Notes under the pieces: model-generated
The model's input: the letters and a program-made list of their open reading frames with translations, nothing else
Told to the model about the DNA's origin: nothing
Databases searched by the model: none
Program-made: the position numbers and the translations under genes
Part shown: positions 36,401-45,470 of the stretch, piece by piece
Layout: each line of letters opens with the position of its first letter
Position numbering within the stretch: position 1 is the first letter of the stretch
From: a virus
Lineage: Duplodnaviria; Caudoviricetes
Direction: 5' to 3' (one strand)
Virus record (IMG/VR): IMGVR_UViG_3300015171_000004
Location: 1-60,019 of that record
DNA length: 60,019 nt

Positions 36401-37869
36401 ACGATGGGCGTGTATATGGGGTCTGTATTATTGTTGTTGAGAACGATCTTTACTCTGTACCCCATATCCGAGCTATTCACGGATAGACCGGGAACGACGC
36501 CGGGAACGGAGTCATTTTGCGTAGATGGGTCGTGCAAGTAGTATGTTAATCCCTGATCTACGGAAGTGTAGAACTGTGCGTCTGCTTTGGCGTTTCCCAT
36601 ATCATAATTGATGCTAAAGAAACTTGTTTTCATAATGCCAATGGAGGACATGCTTTTTACTGGCGATGTCCACACGCCCTGCTGATTGTAGGCTTGCATG
36701 GTTGTTAGGGATATATTGTAATAGCACTGCGCGGAAACATTGATGTTCTGCTGTAGCGTCCCGGTGAATATTGCTAGTTGGGTTGACCCTGTGCTGCTCG
36801 CTATTCTAGCGTTGCGGATATAGAAGCGATAATCACCCTGATTGTCAGACTCACACGCAACCATGAAGTAGTCAACAACGGACCCAACGCCAATTTCGTA
36901 CAGTGGGAAGTAGCGCGTGTACCATTGGTCGGTGTACCCTGACAAGTCCGTACCAGGATGTAGGAGTAGTCCGTTTTGGTCGGTTAGCGAGTACTTATCG
37001 GGGGATGTGCCTGCGTTGTATTTGTAGTCTCGCAAGAAACCTATGGTTCCAGTGCTGCTATGGCCGTCGAGACCCATATAGTGTTGTGCATTGTCAGAAG
37101 GCACCCATATATCGTATACGAGATAGTCCCCTGCTACTATGGTGTAGGGGGTTGTACATATCTTATTGTAGAAGTAGCTGTTAGCGTTGGCTGCGGGCGT
37201 GCACGAGGCGGCGACCTTTAGTACCGTGTTCGTTTGTATCTGTAGCGTGTTTCCGACGACCGAGACAACCTGCTGTGTAACGCCCGAAGCATTCCAGTCG
37301 CTTGCGTTGGCAACGTTGTATACTAGATCGGTGCCAGCCGCCTGTAACTCTATGTCCCCGTTATTATTGGCCGTAGGTACAACGTTCGTCCCTGTTCCAA
37401 GTACGAATTGATCGTAGCTTTGGTAGCGGGCGTATGCTTGCGATACCTGAATGCCCTCAGTTACCATGTATAATGCAGCGAGATCGCTTAGGATATCCCC
37501 CGCAAAGTATCCGGAGTATGCCTTGATTGCAACACGCCTATCTGCACTCTCGTTTAGGTCAACACACGCTATCTCGTGCTCTGTCATGTTCGTGCCGTGG
37601 TCAACAAGCTCTCGTTTGCAGGTGTGCACGCGACCCGTAAAGATATTAATGTTGGGCGTGACAGAGATGTCTTGCACTTGTACATATTGTCCAGTGACGA
37701 ATGTCCATAGGCCGCCCGTCGCCTCAAAGACAGTAAAATCTAGCGTGCTTCTCTCGTTAGTGATGTCTGACATGTGGAACGACCCGGCCTTAATTGCGGG
37801 CGTGGTTATGCCGTCTCCGTTGATGGGGTATCCCCCTACCGTGATAGAATAGTTAAAGCCTGTTGCCAT
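33496..37869 (-). CDS. Large tail-tip (Tal/hub-like) protein with inserted beta-sandwich domains
   Basis: 1457 aa directly after tape measure; IFTGRVH N-terminus, repeated G.W.S..S.DGG.TW motifs. Confidence 0.8.
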   Translation of the reverse strand: MATGFNYSITVGGYPINGDGITTPAIKAGSFHMSDITNERSTLDFTVFEATGGLWTFVTGQYVQVQDISVTPNINIFTGRVHTCKRELVDHGTNMTEHEIACVDLNESADRRVAIKAYSGYFAGDILSDLAALYMVTEGIQVSQAYARYQSYDQFVLGTGTNVVPTANNNGDIELQAAGTDLVYNVANASDWNASGVTQQVVSVVGNTLQIQTNTVLKVAASCTPAANANSYFYNKICTTPYTIVAGDYLVYDIWVPSDNAQHYMGLDGHSSTGTIGFLRDYKYNAGTSPDKYSLTDQNGLLLHPGTDLSGYTDQWYTRYFPLYEIGVGSVVDYFMVACESDNQGDYRFYIRNARIASSTGSTQLAIFTGTLQQNINVSAQCYYNISLTTMQAYNQQGVWTSPVKSMSSIGIMKTSFFSINYDMGNAKADAQFYTSVDQGLTYYLHDPSTQNDSVPGVVPGLSVNSSDMGYRVKIVLNNNNTDPIYTPIVYGFQSNIRTSYRYNGTGKQDVVNALFQSTDWSGTGTTKIDTHDFGDRNLTLDIHTVDLKGTPNITTYGVGSSVIDTGQAYQGMRLRSGTAAQGQTYVYCADIPTITAGHTYTVSVDIPFPPQNQWTGLIYNTAQAAFSANKGCFAYAVVLFNEVGSNIGMKLVKGQNNSAGGAITTISTNTTSWAAGTMLRLRIEINGSSHLVYVDGALYMTVTDSTYTTNAKSGLILASTDTLQKYATYQNLVCLATTPAIAGVYKGTWTSADNFIQAAGTYQTSIVGWGSNLPFSTAMIVESSINSGSTWQLVSNGGVVNPNLTVGQSLSGVQVRFRVTLTTLDPTVTPTLTGITYYVLAPYSTSGTWISSALVLTPIPRAGNATISWQPGNIDSTKTLNMFTSTDGGSTYQSVTAGSTIPNLSLSPTPFIDNFTTDDIAGNYTQLGTFTNRIVDEVNYNLTMDCTSSATIKYTNYGSYDSAKYYLDFTEAEGLGLLAGYGGGIWFYVTCNDDHTANPGITKNTIVFEKWAASTQYFSVTVPFELKRGDYHRLIIDYFDGICTVTINGKIILNQWVDPYPPVSCVGGPRLVNGTGSYPAHGVVTTFAVMPYGNNIGSKTIRVKANFTSTDPDYTPYVSDLNFGVRPYQIDAGPVVNQATFNYAYVSDCIRDLVSRSNFWSNIDADGVLWYKGGASRWAPVIVHGGNIIGLPKVTFGNPLYRNYQWVVGGKNLTSEQNFNFVGNGYQTSWNANYPLAQPPRITVNNVVKTVGISGVDGGKDFYWQLGSTVISQDTSGVILKGNSKMLVKYVGYYDTVVKVVDTGQVQYTQNNEGFGTGIVEEVTDGTNILTLQASYDLANGLMSEFCVQGQQITFRTLNNSIKPGMMITVYLPQYGITETQFVVEKVDVTDDWPLLYFDVQATNGPLTGSWERAIGKLSTVSSIANINLGTGTIVSNSLTFSEGIAQSESVTYTIT

Positions 37870-38001
37870 GTCTTCTTTCCTTGCCTATGTAACAGATAAT
37901 AAAATGAGAGGCTCGCCAGTGCCCTGTGATAGAGTATACCATAGAATGTATACCCTGTCCATACACAAAGCCACTAGTAAGCCTCTCAGTTTGTTTGCGG
38001 G

Positions 38002-41000
38002 CTATATACGAACGCCCTTCTTGCGAAGTTCCGCAACTATGTACGGACCCTCTAGTTGTGCAAGCTTTTTACCGTCAATAGTTATCGGTATTGTGATAGC
38101 GCCGATAATTTGCGCCGCTTGCGAGTCTCCATATGTTGTGCCGCCCCCGCCGCCAGTGGCGAAGGTACTGCTTCCATAATCCCACCCGCTGCCGGAGTCA
38201 GAGTTCGCATCCGAGCTTCCAAATGGGTTCATGCTAGCATTAAAGCCCTTGTCGTAGGTAACTTTCCCGTACTTGTTGGTCTTTTTACCGTGCGCCCTAT
38301 CCCAGGCGCGGGCCTTTTTGCGTCGTTCCTGTTCATGCTTCCTATGGGCCGCCTTTTTCTCACGTTCGGATTTCTTTTCCGCCCGCAACTTTTCGCGCTC
38401 TGCCTTTTTGTGTGCGCGGTCTGTAAGGAGCTTTTTATGTTTCTCTTCCCTAAGCTTTTTCTTCTCTGCGCGCAGCTTTTCGCGCTCGGCTTTTTTGTGC
38501 GCCCTGTCATGCAGAAGCTTCTTATGCTTTTCTTCTCTAAGTTTTTTCTTGTGCTCTCGATCCTTTAGTAGCTTTGCGTGTTTCTGGTCTCTCAGTTTTT
38601 TCGCTTTGGCGCGCTTGGCAAGCAACTCCTTATGCTTTTTGTCTCGTTCCGCTTTTTTCTTAGCTTTGAGGGCCGCCGCTTTTTTGCGCTTCTCAGCCGC
38701 CTCTAACTGCATTTGGGCGGCTTTCATCTGCTTTTCGGCAGCCCCCTGGTTGGCGCTTGTCATGAGTCCTGATTGTAGGGAAGAGTTTCCTGGGCCGCCC
38801 TTTGTGCTTGCTATCGGGATAAGTTGACCGTGTGCAATCATAAGCCCTCCGCCCGCTTGTGCCATGCCCGCAGCCGTTGCGAAGTTCCCTAGCGCACTCT
38901 TGCCGCCGTGCATAGCGCCGGTTCCTGCGCCAGCGTGGTGGGTCGTGTGCGTCGTCTTTGTGTGTGTGCTTTTGGTATGAATGGGATTGCTAGAAGATCC
39001 CGGCTTGTTTGCGCCCGCTCCTCCGCGCTTGTTCCCGGCGTCGCCAATAGTACCAGCAGACCCAGTGCCGTACTTGTGTGGGTCGTGTTGTACGATGTGG
39101 CTGGGTGGCTGTTTGATAATCGGCCCCTGTGCGTTCTTGGCATACATACCAGACTGTGCAACGTTGGAGGGCGCTGCGGCCTTTAGTACGCTGGCCGTCT
39201 GTCCGTTCGTAAGAACCCTTGTTCCTGCCTGTAGGTTCACGATCTCAGGGCCATTTTCACCGACTAGGGCAGGACCACCTGGGGCGCTGTTTGTGCCCGT
39301 TGCGAAGTGTGGTATACTTGCGCCGGTCACACTATTCACCTTGTCGATAACGCTATTGGCAGCGCCGCCAATTTTGCCGAATATTCCCGAAACAGTGTTC
39401 CACATGCCCTGCACTACGTTGACGATACCCGCAACGATACCGGATATGAGACCGGCAGCCGATGTGAATGGACCCGACATAGCGGCCATAATCCCCGCGC
39501 CAGCCGCTCCGATAATCCCCACAATGCTGTTCCATATGGCCTGTACTTTTGCCACGATAGCAGCAAGCAACGCCGAGACGACTGCTACAATAGCGCTCCA
39601 CCCCGCGCTAATAACGCCACGCACAGCCGCTATAGCCGCGCCAACTACCGACGTAACCCTGGCCCAGCCCGCCTGTATCACGCCGCCTATAGCGGACATC
39701 CAGCCGGATATCGTAGATTTGACCACGCCCGCAGCCGCAGACACCAGGGCCTTTACTTTGTTCCATGCGTCCTCAATCGGCTTGTGAAAATTCTTCCATA
39801 TTGCCATAATTGCCAGGATAGCCAGCGTGAACGGCAGGAAGACCGTCAAGGCAAGGAACGCGATAGCTATCTTGAATATCGTCTTGATAACTTCCCACGA
39901 CGCTTGAAAGAACTTTTGCAGTCCGCCCCAGATGTTCTTGGCAACCGCAACCGTACCATTCCAGAAACCGGATAAGAAGTTACCTATGGCAGAGAACGCC
40001 ATCTTAAAGCCCGATATCAGGGGCGCAAATGTGGTAAGCAACCACTTAGTGAACGCATCCCATATTCCCTTGAGGAATGCGGTTACTTGTGTCCAGTGTG
40101 TCACTAGCAGGACGATACCGACGACTAGAAGGGCTATGGCCGCTATGATAAGCATTATAGGCCAGGTGGCTGCAATCATCCCGGCTGCGGCTGCCCAAGC
40201 GCCCGCTGCCCACGCTCCGAAGCCCGCAACCATAGCCGGTATCGAGGCGATAAACGACGGGATAGACTCCGTTACGAACGTCACCACACCCAGAGCCATT
40301 TTTTGCATCGATGCGACGAACTGAGGGATGGACTCCGTTACAAAGGTCATAACGCCCGCGCCCATCTTCTTCATGCTACCTATGAATTCAACGGCGGCCT
40401 TAATATTGAAGTCAGCAAACTGTTTGATCATTCCTGCTATCTTCATGGCACCGATAGCGACGCCCAGGCCGATAAGGGCGCGTGTTACAGCGTCAACTAG
40501 GGGCTTGTTCTTGCTGAATGCGTTAGCGCCGTCTGTTAGACCTTTCATGAGGCCCGTAAGCATAGGTAGTATCTGAGTCTGTATCATCTTTGCGAAGTCA
40601 CGCAAGGGACCATTAGCGGATTGATTGATAACCGCGCTAATTCTCAAGACCGCAGCCACGAGGTTAGCCGCCTGAACGCTGAACGCCCTCATTTGAGGAG
40701 ACGTTAAGACATCCATAAATATCTTTATGCGCTCCCTAGTGGAGTCTACTATTGACTTAACGCTGTTCATGGCGGAGTCGAATGCTGGCTTTAAGGCCAT
40801 GACAAGCCCTATTATTTTATTGATGGGGCCGGGTATTTGCCCCGTAGTGGATGTTATGACCTTTACGAAGTCCGCCGCCTTTTGAGCCGCGCCTGACAGC
40901 GTTGTACCTATCCTGGCTATCATGTTGGCTATCGGCCCGCCCTGCACTGCAAGCCCAGAGAACGCGCCTATAAGGGGGGTTATAGCCCCCATAATGGACC

Positions 41001-42099
41001 CTAGAGCCGGTAGAAGAGACGTACCGATGTTAATCTTGACAACATCAAACGCCGCTTTCATCTTGTTGGCTTGTGCGTGGAAAGTTTGTTCTGTAAGCTT
41101 AAATGCGTCGTCGGTTGTTCCCTGCGCATGATTAAGGTCGTTTAGGGTGCTTTTGTAGTCCTTGATGTGGTCGCGCAGCATCATATAGGACTTCGCTGCA
41201 ACGGAGTTGTTGTTCATCAGCTTCAACGCCACAGAGTCGTTACCCTTAGTTACCTTGTTTACGTATTCAATTTGATCCCCCAGGCTCATTGTCTTAAACT
41301 TGGTGGCATCGAATGATATGCCCAGGGCCGTGGCGTTCTTCGCCATTGACGCCGTTTTGAGGGACATCATCGTCATGGCGTTTTGGAGGTAGGTACTGCC
41401 CTTTTGTGCCGACATACCGGAGTTAGTGAACGTTGCTAGGGCCGCGTTAGCCTCTTGAAAGGTGTGCCCGCTTGCTTTGGTGGTGACAGATAGCATACCG
41501 ACGACGTGCGCATAGTTGCCGTACTCCATCTTGCCTGCGGATACGGTCTTCGTCATGATGTCGACTGCCGATTGAGCCGATAGGTTATTTTTCCCGAACG
41601 TATTAATCGCGCTTGTTGCGCCGTCTGCTACCGTGAGGGTGTCGGTCATACCAGCCGCAGCGGCCTTAGCAGATGTCTTTAGCAGGTCTAGAGCCGCCTT
41701 GCCGTGAAACCCCGCCGACTCTACAAAATAAAGACCCTCGGCCAGGGATTTAGGGGACTGCCCAACGTCTGAGGCCATCTTTAGAACCGAGTCAGACATC
41801 TGTTTCATGTTTTCGGTCGCGGGCGCAGCAAGGGCCTTGACCTTTGTCATAGCTGACTGAAAGTCCGCCGCGCTTTTTACCGATGCAACGCCAAAAGCGC
41901 CAGCCGCTAAGCCGACGCCGCCAACCACGCCCGCAAGAGGGGCGAGGTGTCCAACCATGCCAGCTAACCCGCCGCCAGCCTTATCGCTGGCATCCTTAAC
42001 GGTGCTTCCCACCTTCGCCATCTTGTTTTGAAGATCGGAAATGTCGCCAGTTACTCTGACAACCAATTCACCTATGACATCATCTGACATGCTTGTCAC
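38002..42099 (-). CDS. Tape measure protein
   Basis: TP901-like N-terminal domain, Trp-periodic repeats, IPHFATG...VGENGPE. Confidence 0.95.
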   Translation of the reverse strand: MTSMSDDVIGELVVRVTGDISDLQNKMAKVGSTVKDASDKAGGGLAGMVGHLAPLAGVVGGVGLAAGAFGVASVKSAADFQSAMTKVKALAAPATENMKQMSDSVLKMASDVGQSPKSLAEGLYFVESAGFHGKAALDLLKTSAKAAAAGMTDTLTVADGATSAINTFGKNNLSAQSAVDIMTKTVSAGKMEYGNYAHVVGMLSVTTKASGHTFQEANAALATFTNSGMSAQKGSTYLQNAMTMMSLKTASMAKNATALGISFDATKFKTMSLGDQIEYVNKVTKGNDSVALKLMNNNSVAAKSYMMLRDHIKDYKSTLNDLNHAQGTTDDAFKLTEQTFHAQANKMKAAFDVVKINIGTSLLPALGSIMGAITPLIGAFSGLAVQGGPIANMIARIGTTLSGAAQKAADFVKVITSTTGQIPGPINKIIGLVMALKPAFDSAMNSVKSIVDSTRERIKIFMDVLTSPQMRAFSVQAANLVAAVLRISAVINQSANGPLRDFAKMIQTQILPMLTGLMKGLTDGANAFSKNKPLVDAVTRALIGLGVAIGAMKIAGMIKQFADFNIKAAVEFIGSMKKMGAGVMTFVTESIPQFVASMQKMALGVVTFVTESIPSFIASIPAMVAGFGAWAAGAWAAAAGMIAATWPIMLIIAAIALLVVGIVLLVTHWTQVTAFLKGIWDAFTKWLLTTFAPLISGFKMAFSAIGNFLSGFWNGTVAVAKNIWGGLQKFFQASWEVIKTIFKIAIAFLALTVFLPFTLAILAIMAIWKNFHKPIEDAWNKVKALVSAAAGVVKSTISGWMSAIGGVIQAGWARVTSVVGAAIAAVRGVISAGWSAIVAVVSALLAAIVAKVQAIWNSIVGIIGAAGAGIMAAMSGPFTSAAGLISGIVAGIVNVVQGMWNTVSGIFGKIGGAANSVIDKVNSVTGASIPHFATGTNSAPGGPALVGENGPEIVNLQAGTRVLTNGQTASVLKAAAPSNVAQSGMYAKNAQGPIIKQPPSHIVQHDPHKYGTGSAGTIGDAGNKRGGAGANKPGSSSNPIHTKSTHTKTTHTTHHAGAGTGAMHGGKSALGNFATAAGMAQAGGGLMIAHGQLIPIASTKGGPGNSSLQSGLMTSANQGAAEKQMKAAQMQLEAAEKRKKAAALKAKKKAERDKKHKELLAKRAKAKKLRDQKHAKLLKDREHKKKLREEKHKKLLHDRAHKKAEREKLRAEKKKLREEKHKKLLTDRAHKKAEREKLRAEKKSEREKKAAHRKHEQERRKKARAWDRAHGKKTNKYGKVTYDKGFNASMNPFGSSDANSDSGSGWDYGSSTFATGGGGGTTYGDSQAAQIIGAITIPITIDGKKLAQLEGPYIVAELRKKGVRI
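38374..38547 (-). repeat. Tandem 87-bp (29-aa) repeat within the tape measure gene
   Basis: KKLREEKHKKLL(H/T)DRAHKKAEREKLRAEK twice. Confidence 0.85.
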
Positions 42100-42105
42100 C
42101 CCGTC

Positions 42106-42653
42106 CTATCTGTTCTCGTTCTTGGCTTTTTCTATTTCGTCTTGTTCCTCTTGATATTCGATCTCAAACAGGACGCCCCACTGCATGATTTCGTAAGCGG
42201 ACATTCTTTCCAGAAGTTCAGCAACGGTCATGCCCCCCAACCTAGAAGCTATACGGAAATATAACCTCTCTTCAGTTAGGGTGCTGGTTAGTTTTTTCTT
42301 GCTTGTTCCTTAGCATCGGCATTCAGGCCGGATACTTCCATAACCTTAGCAGCGATCTTTTCCTGGGCCTCGCCTGACTTCTCGAATACTACGTCCTTGT
42401 CGGTGTCTTCAAAGATGCGCTCGCGGCTCTCAGGATCATAGCAGCATTCCACGATGAGGAATGGATACAACTTTGAGATGTCCGGGTTGCCGTCTTTGTC
42501 CATGCAGGTGTTCAGCATGATTGCGCGAGCCTTGCCTGACAATCCACGTACCAGGATTTCGGTATCCCACTCTTCAATGTACAGTTTCTCGCTTCGGATA
42601 TCGTCCTTAGCTAAAATTGCCTGCCGTAAGTTCTTAGCGCTGATTGATGCCAT
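42106..42653 (-). CDS. Tail assembly chaperone, -1 frameshift-extended form (gpGT-like)
   Basis: A-AAA-AAC slippery site 42291-42297; -1 frame reads LYFRIASRLGGMTVAELLERMSAYEIMQW to TAG 42106. Confidence 0.88.
42288..42653 (-). CDS. Tail assembly chaperone (gpG-like)
   Basis: Between tube genes and tape measure; ends ARKN. Confidence 0.88.
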   Translation of the reverse strand: MASISAKNLRQAILAKDDIRSEKLYIEEWDTEILVRGLSGKARAIMLNTCMDKDGNPDISKLYPFLIVECCYDPESRERIFEDTDKDVVFEKSGEAQEKIAAKVMEVSGLNADAKEQARKN

Positions 42654-42711
42654 GATATTTTTCCTTCTTTCATCTGACTGTCGAAACTAAGTGAACAACT
42701 ATAACTGTAAT

Positions 42712-43344
42712 TTAGAAGTAGTAAATTTGACCTACCGAGACAAACGTTACATCTTCCATAACAAGATCCTGGGCCGCAGCCTTAATGGAGTCCTGAGACA
42801 TGAGGGCATACATCGCGTAACCGTGATTGTTCACCGTGTCGGTGTACATAATCACGCCGAGTGGTGTCCCTGCATTGATCTTTGACAACATGTTGGTTGT
42901 CGATAGTTCAATCTGATAGAACCTCGTGAACTTTGCCGAGGCGCTTCTGATAACTGGTTGCTGTATCTTCCATGAGCTATTTAGGACGGTGGTATCCTTA
43001 AGGTCCACTTGAACGTCAAGCGACCAGTCCGTAGCATCGGCAACGATGGCCGTTGGAAGATAAGACATAACCGATAAGCGTACCTGCGTACCTGCTGAAT
43101 TAGCAACCGTGAACACGACCTTGCCTATCGGATATTGGATAGTGAACCCGGTTGTTACCGGCGTCCATGTCGTACCGTCTGGCGAAGTTTGCACTGTCGT
43201 CGTCGCTGTATTGTCAATGACTCTGTGAGCCGCGTTAGTAATGGTATAGACGGTTAGATCTGGTGACGTGGTTGCTTCGTTAGTCGTTGCAACGCTTGTA
43301 CCAGACATGTATATCGCGCCTACGTTCCCGAATATGGCAGTGAT
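42712..43344 (-). CDS. Second tail-tube paralogue with inserted domain; probable ATC start
   Basis: ADATDWSLDVQVDLKDTT matches AEVTDWNLDVQVNILDTT; AAGGAAGG RBS 6 nt before ATC 43344. Confidence 0.75.
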   Translation of the reverse strand: MTAIFGNVGAIYMSGTSVATTNEATTSPDLTVYTITNAAHRVIDNTATTTVQTSPDGTTWTPVTTGFTIQYPIGKVVFTVANSAGTQVRLSVMSYLPTAIVADATDWSLDVQVDLKDTTVLNSSWKIQQPVIRSASAKFTRFYQIELSTTNMLSKINAGTPLGVIMYTDTVNNHGYAMYALMSQDSIKAAAQDLVMEDVTFVSVGQIYYF

Positions 43345-43408
43345 AATGCACCTTCCTTGCTATTCGATACGATAAATAGTTGTGGGGATATTTCACCCCA
43401 CCGTAAAG

Positions 43409-43795
43409 CTATGCGTAGGTAATTGCGCCCGTACCGTCGAATGTGAGATCGAAAGTTACGACTGCTTGCGCGGCGTCCTTAATACTAAACTGCTTAATCC
43501 ACGCGCTGCCTGAGTAGCTATTTGTGCCACCGTTCACGGATAGGGCCAGTGCTACGGAGCTTGTACCCGTCAAGATTGCATTCTGAATGGTGGTCTGCTG
43601 TGCATCGGTCATGTACCAGTTGCAAGTAATCTTGCCAGACCATGACTTAATGCCGCCGATTTGGTCTTTCCAGGCGTCTGCCATGATGGTAGTATCAAGG
43701 ATGTTTACCTGAACATCTAAGTTCCAATCGGTCACTTCGGCAATTAAAGCGCCGCCTACTTTGGCCGTTCCACCATACCCAGCGAGTGCTGCCAT
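43409..43795 (-). CDS. Major tail tube protein
   Basis: WNLD...DTT...WKDQIGGIKSWSG...YSG.A...F.GTG. Confidence 0.88.
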   Translation of the reverse strand: MAALAGYGGTAKVGGALIAEVTDWNLDVQVNILDTTIMADAWKDQIGGIKSWSGKITCNWYMTDAQQTTIQNAILTGTSSVALALSVNGGTNSYSGSAWIKQFSIKDAAQAVVTFDLTFDGTGAITYA

Positions 43796-43898
43796 GTTTG
43801 TATTCCTATTCTATAGCCAATGTAGGCTATGCTTGTGTGCTTTTCTACTGATAGTAGTATAACACTATTACTAGATAAAAGTAAAGGGTCTTAGAAAA

Positions 43899-45440
43899 CT
43901 AGGAATTTTCCTGCGTGTACACCCTGAACTGACAGATTTGGTGTCGTATCTCGTATGGGGCGTCGTATTCGGTAGTCGTGCGCGATAGTGTGGCAATCGT
44001 TCCCGTATGCGTGTGACCGACTAGCGTAAGGGGTTTCTCGTCAATGAGATTGTCAACAAGGTTCTTTAGTTGCTGTATCTCTATGTTTCCCTTGTGTCTG
44101 CTATAGATGTCGATCGTAGCAATGATATTCTTTCCCTTTTTACCGAATACATTAAAGGGCGTCTCGCTTGCGAATCCTATCTGAATGTATGGGAATATCC
44201 CGTCCTTTGGCGCGGAGTCGAATATTCTATCTCCAACGATGTTGGTTACTGCTGTAGTATTTGTTAGCAATGAGAAGAACGCCATCTGGACTGCCCACTG
44301 AGCCGTAACCGTTGGATGTAGCACCACCTGGGACGATGTCTTAAACTTCTCTACCGTAGTGGTCGCTAGCTTTATGGAGGTTAGTGACTTCTCTATTGCG
44401 GGCGTCGTCATATGAAACGACATCCTAAACTTCTCTACCGTGACAGATTTAAGTCGCGCCCTAACGCTAGATTTCTCTATGGCAGGCGTGGATAGCTTGC
44501 TACGGACTTGAGAGGGCGCTAGGACGGGCGTAGATCCTTTAGACCTAACCTTACTAGTCTCGACTGCTGAAGCCCTCAATTTGGCTCTAGTTACGTTTTT
44601 CTCTATGGCCTGCGTCTTGAGAGATGCGAGTGTCTTGTCTTTTTCCACTAGAGGCAGCGACATCTTTGCGCGTACGACGTCCTTCTCGACTGCTTTGGTG
44701 GTTATCCCCACCCTAACAGCATCCTTGGCTATGCCTTTTGTGTATATTTTAGAAGCAACCTTGTTTTTCTCCACCGACGCAGTTCTCATAGCGGCGCGGA
44801 TATAGGTTTTTGCTATCGATGTGGTGGCGCATGCCACCGTAGGCACAACAAGGTCGTCATATGAATAACTATTTAACTCGGCGTTGATCCCGTTTCCCAG
44901 CTCCCCAAATCCCGTTTTTCCTGTCGCGTTAATCGTTGCTGATTGCGTGCTAAAGCTTTGGGTTACGTTCCATGTTCCCGGCTCTGAAGTACCGTCTGCC
45001 CAATATCGCACGTATACGGTTGTGCCTTGTACCCTAGTCCTAGTCCAGTACCACGTACCATCTGTCATTGGTGCAGATGTATTAGCTATAGTCGTGGGTG
45101 TCGATCCGTTGTAGTACGCTACCTGAATGCTGCCGTTGAACCTAACGTATAGGCAGTTATTGATTGAGGCGCTTGATAGTCTGAAGAAAACATGCAGCCT
45201 GTGTCCTGGCGAAAAACCGTACAGAAATCTTGCTAGTACTTCACTATCTGCCTGCGTGCTAGCGCTGTTAAGCGTCATGACCTGCGGACCGCCAACGCTA
45301 CCATTGACTATACCCACGTTAGACGTTATGGTAGTGTTGCCGAGACTCCCCAAGAACGCAGACCAAGCATGCCCATCGGACGCCGTGCCTAGCGTAGATG
45401 CGTTTGCCCTTGTAAAATTGTCTGTTCCTACAACCGTCAT
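43899..45440 (-). CDS. Tail terminator (DUF3168-like) fused to N-terminal beta-sandwich and 14-aa repeat stalk
   Basis: C-terminal VGDRIFDSAP...FPYIQIG...IDIYS; position after HK97 gp10. Confidence 0.8.
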   Translation of the reverse strand: MTVVGTDNFTRANASTLGTASDGHAWSAFLGSLGNTTITSNVGIVNGSVGGPQVMTLNSASTQADSEVLARFLYGFSPGHRLHVFFRLSSASINNCLYVRFNGSIQVAYYNGSTPTTIANTSAPMTDGTWYWTRTRVQGTTVYVRYWADGTSEPGTWNVTQSFSTQSATINATGKTGFGELGNGINAELNSYSYDDLVVPTVACATTSIAKTYIRAAMRTASVEKNKVASKIYTKGIAKDAVRVGITTKAVEKDVVRAKMSLPLVEKDKTLASLKTQAIEKNVTRAKLRASAVETSKVRSKGSTPVLAPSQVRSKLSTPAIEKSSVRARLKSVTVEKFRMSFHMTTPAIEKSLTSIKLATTTVEKFKTSSQVVLHPTVTAQWAVQMAFFSLLTNTTAVTNIVGDRIFDSAPKDGIFPYIQIGFASETPFNVFGKKGKNIIATIDIYSRHKGNIEIQQLKNLVDNLIDEKPLTLVGHTHTGTIATLSRTTTEYDAPYEIRHQICQFRVYTQENS

Positions 45441-45470
45441 GCACGGCCCCCTTCCTGATGATACTGCTTA

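Noticed and set aside
33496-37869. Diversity-generating retroelement targeting the tail tip
   Set aside because: No reverse transcriptase and no template/variable repeat pair seen
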